Made by a program: the position numbers and the translations under genes. 20,584 bases of DNA from a bacterium (GTDB lineage Bacteria > BMS3Abin14). The notes under the pieces are model-generated. The model made no database searches, had not been told where the DNA came from, and was given only the letters and a program-made list of their open reading frames with translations. This document shows positions 14,372 through 20,584 of this stretch, in pieces (position 1 is the first letter of the stretch; every line of letters starts with the position of its first letter). Location: positions 1,856,292-1,876,875 of the forward strand of contig CP070698.1 in assembly GCA_020349685.1 (NCBI GenBank), written 5' to 3'.

Positions 14372-16117
14372 ATGGCCCGAAAAACAATAATCCGCGCACT
14401 GCTTTTAACCCTTATCCTCATGTCTGGCTGCGCGACGGCACCGGACAAAACGACGCCTTCCCTTCCGGAGGGGCATCCGCCCACATCGAAGGGTACTGAA
14501 CCTCCCGTTTTCAGGAACGCCCAGGCCGAAGCCTACGCCTCCTACATGTACGGGCTGATGCTGGCCGATGAGGGGCGCACCCGGGATGCCATCGGATTTC
14601 TGCAGATGGCTTCGCAGCTCGATTCCGGCTCACCCCGGATCCTTGACCAGCTCATGCAGATCTACATGGGAGAGGGCCAGGAGGCCGAGGCCCTTGAAAC
14701 AGCTAAAAAGATCCTCCAGATGGACCCCCAGTGGACTGACGCCCACATCACGCTGGGGCAGATCTACCTGAACTCGGACCGTCCTGTCGACGCGGTGAAC
14801 CACCTCGAGATCGCCCTGGAACTCGCCCCTGAACAAACAAACATCATCTTCCTTCTTGCCGATGCTCTGGAAAGGACGGGAGATATCGAGCGGGCCATAG
14901 CGTCCCTGCAGGAGCTGGCCGATTCCGAGGATCACAGGGCCATCGCCCTCTATTACATCGCAAGACTGCACTTCAAGTCCGGCGACACTCAGGCCGCCCT
15001 GGACCCCCTTGTCGAGGCTGTCCTTTTGAACCCCTCCTTTCTGAAAGGGGTAGCGGAACTGGGGGGGCTGCTGGAAAGCGAAGGACGCACCGAGGAGGCC
15101 ATCCGATTCTACACCGGCTACCTGGAAAAGGACCCTGAGAAAACACCCGTCCGTGAATTCCTTGCCAGGATCCTCATCAGGGAAAAACGTTACGATGAGG
15201 CCAGGCACCATTCCGAGATCGTGCTTAAGGAAGATCCCCGCAACCTGGGGGCACAGCTGCTCATGGGACTCATCGAGGCCCACGACGGCAATCTGGAAAA
15301 AGCCCTCGAAATATTCAGCGAGGTCCGCCAGATCGCACCGGACAACTTCGAGATGATCGTTCAGATCGGCGTCCTTCAACGGCAGCTCGAGATGTACACG
15401 GAGTCCATCGCCACATTCCAGGACGCCATCATGATGGCCCCCAACAGGTACGAACCGCACCTGAACCTCTCCGTTGTCTACGATCTGAAGGGGGATCTTC
15501 AGCACGCCATCGAGAGCGCGCAAACGGCCCTCGCCCTGGAACCGAACCGCACCAACATCCGCACCTACCTGGCTCAGCTTTTTATGAGGAAAGACCTCTT
15601 TGGCGAAGCTGAGGAGCTCTTGCGGCAAGGTCTCGAGGACAGCCCTGAAGACACTTCTGTCCTCTACCAGCTGGCCATAACCCTCGACAGGAGCGGCAGG
15701 TTCGAACTGGCCGCGGACACCCTCAAGAAGATCATCGAGATCGATCCCCAACATTACGACGCCATGAATTACCTCGGGTATTCCTGGGCCGAAAGGGGCG
15801 TCAACCTGGACGACTCCCTCGCCCTCATCGAGAAGGCTCTCAAGATCCGGCCTGACGCGGCCTACATCATCGACAGCCTCGGCTGGGTCTATTACCGAAT
15901 GGGCCGCTACGAGGAAGCCCTCGAGCAGCTGCTCAAAGCGGGCAGGGAGATGGAGGGGGATGCCACTGTGCTGGAACATATCGGGGACACATACGACAGG
16001 CTCGGCAAGGAAGATCTGGCCATCGAATTCTGGTCCCTGGCACTGAAAGCAGACCCCGGCAACGCCAGCATCCTGGAAAAACTCAGGAGCAAGGGAGCCA
16101 TCGAGACTGCGCCATGA
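14372..16117 (+). CDS. Tetratricopeptide-repeat lipoprotein (LbcA/PA4667-like)
   Basis: Lipobox LMSGC (Cys20), many TPR-like helical repeats, C-terminal MNYLGYSWAERGVNL..IIDSLGWVYYRMG..EHIGD. Sits directly upstream of the lolB-like gene and ispE. Confidence 0.88.
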   Translation: MARKTIIRALLLTLILMSGCATAPDKTTPSLPEGHPPTSKGTEPPVFRNAQAEAYASYMYGLMLADEGRTRDAIGFLQMASQLDSGSPRILDQLMQIYMGEGQEAEALETAKKILQMDPQWTDAHITLGQIYLNSDRPVDAVNHLEIALELAPEQTNIIFLLADALERTGDIERAIASLQELADSEDHRAIALYYIARLHFKSGDTQAALDPLVEAVLLNPSFLKGVAELGGLLESEGRTEEAIRFYTGYLEKDPEKTPVREFLARILIREKRYDEARHHSEIVLKEDPRNLGAQLLMGLIEAHDGNLEKALEIFSEVRQIAPDNFEMIVQIGVLQRQLEMYTESIATFQDAIMMAPNRYEPHLNLSVVYDLKGDLQHAIESAQTALALEPNRTNIRTYLAQLFMRKDLFGEAEELLRQGLEDSPEDTSVLYQLAITLDRSGRFELAADTLKKIIEIDPQHYDAMNYLGYSWAERGVNLDDSLALIEKALKIRPDAAYIIDSLGWVYYRMGRYEEALEQLLKAGREMEGDATVLEHIGDTYDRLGKEDLAIEFWSLALKADPGNASILEKLRSKGAIETAP

Positions 16118-16896
16118 GAGGATACCGGTGGGGGATCGTAATCATCGCCCTAACGACGGTGCTGGGCGCAGCCTGCGCTCCCCGTCAGATAAAACCGGTG
16201 GCCGCGACGGATCCAGCGCCCCTTCTTAACGCGGTGAGGATGAGGGAATCCATCCTTGAAAGAGGGCTCTCCGGCACCCTGGAGCTGGCCTATAAAAACG
16301 GCAGGGAGCGCTTCAAAGGAAGCGTCTACATCGTGGCCTATCCCGACGGCCGGTTCCGCCTGGAAGTCCCCGCCCCTCTGGGGGGGACTTTTCTCGTCAT
16401 GACCAGCGACAGCAAGGAGATCCTCGCCTTTTATCCGGGCCGGAACAGCGCCTTTCGCAGCGAGGTGGACGGAAGGTCCATCAACCCCTACCTGCCCTTC
16501 CCCCTGCCCCTGGACCCCGGCGTGCTCCCCGCCCTGATCATGGGGGTGCTTCCCGCGGAGGACACGGCCGTTAAAGCTCAAGCCTGGCTCATGGATTCCG
16601 GGGAGAAACTCCTCCGCGTGATACCGGACGGGAAAGATCTGCAGTTTGACTATCTCTTTGACGCGGAGCTTAAGGAGCGCATCAGGAAGATCACCGCCAG
16701 GGGCAGGGACCTGCAGATTTCGCTGCGCATCGGGCCCGGGCCGGACCAGCTCCCCGCAGACTTCGAGCTGCTCCTCCCTGAAGGCGCCCTTTCCGGACAG
16801 TGGGATTCGGTGGCGCCTTTCATCGGAGAAAAGGCCTCCCTCGTGCTTCGCATTCCCGATTCCGTGACCATCACCGACCTGGAAGCACTGCCGTGA
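16114..16896 (+). CDS. LolB-like (LolA/LolB fold) outer-membrane lipoprotein
   Basis: Lipobox GAAC (Cys21). RFRLEVPAPLGGTFLVM resembles the LolB PLG loop. Occupies the lolB slot between the TPR gene and ispE, overlapping both by 4 nt. Confidence 0.7.
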   Translation: MRGYRWGIVIIALTTVLGAACAPRQIKPVAATDPAPLLNAVRMRESILERGLSGTLELAYKNGRERFKGSVYIVAYPDGRFRLEVPAPLGGTFLVMTSDSKEILAFYPGRNSAFRSEVDGRSINPYLPFPLPLDPGVLPALIMGVLPAEDTAVKAQAWLMDSGEKLLRVIPDGKDLQFDYLFDAELKERIRKITARGRDLQISLRIGPGPDQLPADFELLLPEGALSGQWDSVAPFIGEKASLVLRIPDSVTITDLEALP

Positions 16897-17756
16897 TCCG
16901 CATCCTGGCACCGGCAAAGGTCAACCTGTCCTTACGGATCGTCCGTCGCCGGGACGACGGGTACCATGACATCGAGAGCCTGGTGCAGAAGATCTCCCTG
17001 TACGACCGCATCACCATCCGTAAAGCGAAAGAACCCGGGATCCGGCTGACCTGTTCGGATCCTTCCCTTCCCTCCGGCCCGGGGAATCTGGCTCACGCGG
17101 CAGCGCAGCTCCTGCTGGAAGCCTCCCGGATCCGCGACATGGGGATACGCCTCCACCTCGACAAAACCATTCCCCACGGGGCAGGCCTCGGTGGCGGCAG
17201 CAGCGACGCCGCCGCCGTGCTCATGGGCCTCACCACCCTTCTGGACCTGTCATGGGACCGGGAAGAACTGGCTGATATGGGGAAAGAGATCGGTTCGGAC
17301 GTCCCCCTTTTTCTCTATCCCTCCCCTTCTCTCATCACGGGCCGGGGTGAGAAGGTCCAGCCGTCGCCTGTCCTGGTCAACGCTGTATACGTTCTCGTTT
17401 TCCCCGGATTCCCGGTCTCCACAAAGTGGGCTTATTCCAATTTGCGTTTGACAAAAGAACCTGATAAATATACGATTTCTTCACTTTACAGGACCGCGGG
17501 GGGAGCGCTGCCTCCAGACCAGTGGAAAAGCCTCCTCGTGAACGACCTTGAGAATGTAGTAACCAAACGCCATCCAGAGATCGGCAGATGCAGGGAAGAC
17601 CTTCTGAGTGCGGGCGCAAGCGCATCGCTGATGTCAGGGAGCGGTTCGGCTGTTTTCGGTTTGTTCAAGGACAGACCGGCGGCAGAAAAAGCTGCCGCCA
17701 GATTGATGGGTGATGGATCACGGATGACGAAGGTGGCTTTACCCATCTTCTCGTAA
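16893..17756 (+). CDS. ispE: 4-diphosphocytidyl-2-C-methyl-D-erythritol kinase
   Basis: APAKVNL, DGYHDIES, KTIPHGAGLGGGSSDAAA, IGSDVP, GRGE, NDLE, LMSGSGSAVFG. GTG start at 16893 overlaps the upstream stop. Confidence 0.96.
   Translation: MIRILAPAKVNLSLRIVRRRDDGYHDIESLVQKISLYDRITIRKAKEPGIRLTCSDPSLPSGPGNLAHAAAQLLLEASRIRDMGIRLHLDKTIPHGAGLGGGSSDAAAVLMGLTTLLDLSWDREELADMGKEIGSDVPLFLYPSPSLITGRGEKVQPSPVLVNAVYVLVFPGFPVSTKWAYSNLRLTKEPDKYTISSLYRTAGGALPPDQWKSLLVNDLENVVTKRHPEIGRCREDLLSAGASASLMSGSGSAVFGLFKDRPAAEKAAARLMGDGSRMTKVALPIFS
17448..17476 (+). promoter_or_regulatory. Sigma70 promoter embedded in ispE
   Basis: Perfect TTGACA (17448-17453), 17-bp spacer, TACGAT (17471-17476), within an AT-rich patch of an otherwise GC-rich gene. 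Confidence 0.7.
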
Positions 17757-17819
17757 GCTACCGGGCTTAAGCAAGTCAACGGGCATCAACAGATCAACTG
17801 GGGAAAGGGAGGTGCTTTG

Positions 17820-18362
17820 ATGAAGATCACCGATGTGAAGGTATTCCCGGTGGACGAGGATAAACTGAAAGCTTACGCAACGATCACTTTCGATAACTGT
17901 TTCATCGTCAGAGACCTGAAGGTCATCAGCGGCAACAAGGGCTACTTCATCGCCATGCCCAGCAAGAAGAGGAAGGATGGAACCTTCCGGGATGTCGCGC
18001 ATCCGCTCAACAGCGAGACGCGTAAAATGATAGAGGACGCCGTGCTTCAGGTCTATGAAAAGGAAAACATTCCCGCCCGGCCGGCCTCATCCTACCACGA
18101 CGAAGAGGTCAGGGATGCCCAAAGCCAGGGGACGGAGTACGAAACCAGCGAGAGTGAGGAGACCTCGGGTGAAGACCTGAGCTCCGAGGAAAGCGAAGTC
18201 TCAGGAGAAGAAGAGGGCCTGGCCGGCGAAGAGGAGGCCTCGACCGAGGAAACGCAGAACCAAGAGCCTGATCAGCCGGAAGAAAGAGAAAAAAGGGCTG
18301 AGGAAAATCCTGTTATCGAGCCTTCCGACGATCCCGAAAAGGCCTTCGGTTACGAAGAGTGA
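17820..18362 (+). CDS. spoVG: SpoVG family nucleic-acid-binding protein with long acidic tail
   Basis: MKITDVKVF..LKAYATITFDNCFIVRDLKVI..FIAMPSKKRKDGTFRDVAHPLNSETR. SD GGAGGT. About 98-aa E/S-rich extension. Confidence 0.95.
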   Translation: MKITDVKVFPVDEDKLKAYATITFDNCFIVRDLKVISGNKGYFIAMPSKKRKDGTFRDVAHPLNSETRKMIEDAVLQVYEKENIPARPASSYHDEEVRDAQSQGTEYETSESEETSGEDLSSEESEVSGEEEGLAGEEEASTEETQNQEPDQPEEREKRAEENPVIEPSDDPEKAFGYEE

Positions 18363-18523
18363 TGGGCTTGTTACGACCCATGCCGCGTTCGGTAAGTTTC
18401 GGAAACGGTCAGTGTCAGTGGCATAGGGTATAAACGGCCCGGGCGGGCTAGCCGCGCCGCAGGCCAGGTCGCTCCGTGAAACGGGCAATACCCGAAACGG
18501 AGCACACAGCGATGAACTTCTGC

Positions 18524-18598
18524 TGGGGCGTCGACAAACGGTAAGTCACGGGACTTTGGATCCCGCATCTGTAGGTTCGAATCCTACCGCCCCAGCCA
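18524..18598 (+). tRNA. tRNA-Gln (anticodon UUG)
   Basis: Acceptor TGGGGCG/CGCCCCA, anticodon arm CGGGA-CTTTGGA-TCCCG, T arm GTAGG-TTCGAAT-CCTAC, encoded CCA. Usual position upstream of prs. Confidence 0.97.
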
Positions 18599-18638
18599 AA
18601 ACGACAACAAGACACAGCAAAGCGAGAACAAACCAGAG

Positions 18639-19580
<942 letters not shown>

Positions 19581-19616
19581 CGAGACGTTATATATGAAAA
19601 AGGAGGAAACACATTA

Positions 19617-20282
19617 ATGTCAGCATTGAAGATCACAGCTGAGGCGAGACAGAGCACTGGCAAAGGCGTCGCGCGGAAACTGCGCGAAGCCGGCCGGATA
19701 CCGGCCGTCCTTTACGGCAAGGGCCAGGACGGGGTTTCCCTGTCCCTGGACGGCTACGAACTCGGTCTGCTCCTTTCCAAACCCGGCGCGAAGACCAGCG
19801 TCCTTGAACTCGAGGTCCAGGGTGGCGGTAAGGGCGAAACAAAGAACGTCCTTATTAAAGATGTTCAGAAACACCCTTACAAGGATGTCGTTCTTCACAT
19901 GGATCTCCTCGAGGTTGCCATGGACCAGGATATCTCGGTCATGGTGCCCATCGAGATCGTCGGCACCGCCAAAGGAGTCAAAATGGACGGCGGTATCCTG
20001 GAGATGAAGAGAAGGGAACTGGAGATCGTGTGCCTGCCCGACATCATCCCCGACTCCCTCACCGTCGACATCACCGAACTGGAGATCGGCGACAATATCC
20101 ACGTCGAGGACCTGAAGGTCCCCGAAGGGGTTACCATTCCCCACGACGTCAACTTCACCATCCTCACCATCGTAGCCGCTGCTGTCGAGCCTGAGCCGGA
20201 AGAGGAAGTGGAGGGGGAAGAGGTCGAGGAAGCCGAAGCTCCGGAGGCAGAACCCGAAGCGGAGCCAGGCGAGGAGGAGTAA
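19617..20282 (+). CDS. rplY: 50S ribosomal protein L25 / general stress protein Ctc (long form)
   Basis: RQSTGKGVARKLREAGRIPAVLYG, VQKHP..LHMDL, GVKMDGGIL, LEIGDNIHVEDL, acidic tail. SD AGGAGG. Confidence 0.97.
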   Translation: MSALKITAEARQSTGKGVARKLREAGRIPAVLYGKGQDGVSLSLDGYELGLLLSKPGAKTSVLELEVQGGGKGETKNVLIKDVQKHPYKDVVLHMDLLEVAMDQDISVMVPIEIVGTAKGVKMDGGILEMKRRELEIVCLPDIIPDSLTVDITELEIGDNIHVEDLKVPEGVTIPHDVNFTILTIVAAAVEPEPEEEVEGEEVEEAEAPEAEPEAEPGEEE

Positions 20283-20302
20283 ACCTCCTTGCAGCCTGAC
20301 GC

Positions 20303-20584
20303 ATGTGGCTGATCGCGGGACTGGGCAACCCCGGGCCCGATTATAGGGAAACACGGCACAACCTGGGTTTCATGGTCCTCGATGCCCTGGCCGCCCGATG
20401 GAAGATTCCTTTCGGCCAGGACGGAAAACACCTTCTCCTCGGGAGGGGGAGGAGAAGGGGTGAGAACATTCTCCTGGCCAAGCCCCTCGCATACATGAAC
20501 AGGAGCGGCGAGGTGATCGGTCCCCTCGCCGCACGTGAGCGGTTGGAGGCCACCAGGGTCCTCATTATCGTGGACGACCTGGAT
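20303..20584 (+). CDS. pth: Peptidyl-tRNA hydrolase (partial, runs off the window)
   Basis: Not in the ORF track. Translates from ATG 20303 as MWLIAGLGNPGPDYRETRHNLGFMVLDALA..LLAKPLAYMNRSG..LIIVDDLD. Confidence 0.96.
   Translation, partial: MWLIAGLGNPGPDYRETRHNLGFMVLDALAARWKIPFGQDGKHLLLGRGRRRGENILLAKPLAYMNRSGEVIGPLAARERLEATRVLIIVDDLD

Noticed and set aside
14630-15979. 449-aa minus-strand ORF
   Set aside because: Antisense shadow of the TPR lipoprotein gene.
16800-16892. 31-aa N-terminal extension of IspE in the ORF track
   Set aside because: Lies inside the upstream gene; family similarity starts at the GTG at 16893.
17776-17798. Three TCAAC copies upstream of spoVG
   Set aside because: Short with uneven spacing (10 and 8 nt); not distinguishable from chance.

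Overview
GC-rich chromosomal core segment, probably from a deltaproteobacterium (Desulfobacterota/Myxococcota-like; inferred from gene order and protein style). Order: stand-alone rplC (L3) with an 87-aa acidic tail, tatA, small ArsR regulator, then on the minus strand a lipoprotein and a class I/II PLP aminotransferase. A divergent intergenic region full of 7-nt repeats follows, then a B12-dependent methionine synthase lacking its reactivation domain and a LysR regulator. The rest is a long co-oriented run: conserved hypothetical, ftsE, ftsX, envC, ctpA (S41), divergent polysaccharide deacetylase, tsaD, TPR lipoprotein, LolB-like lipoprotein, ispE, spoVG, tRNA-Gln(UUG), prs, rplY, pth (partial). 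No mobile element, CRISPR array or rRNA is seen. Main observations: (1) the envC-ctpA-yibQ block and the lbcA-lolB-ispE block, separate loci in Pseudomonas aeruginosa, are joined here, placing CtpA near its probable TPR adaptor; (2) this CtpA has Thr in place of the catalytic Lys (ACG for AAG); (3) rplC lies outside the S10 operon; (4) a LolB-like protein retains the PLG loop; (5) the deacetylase probably starts at CTG; (6) degenerate heptamer arrays, two of them inverted into hairpins, occupy intergenic regions.
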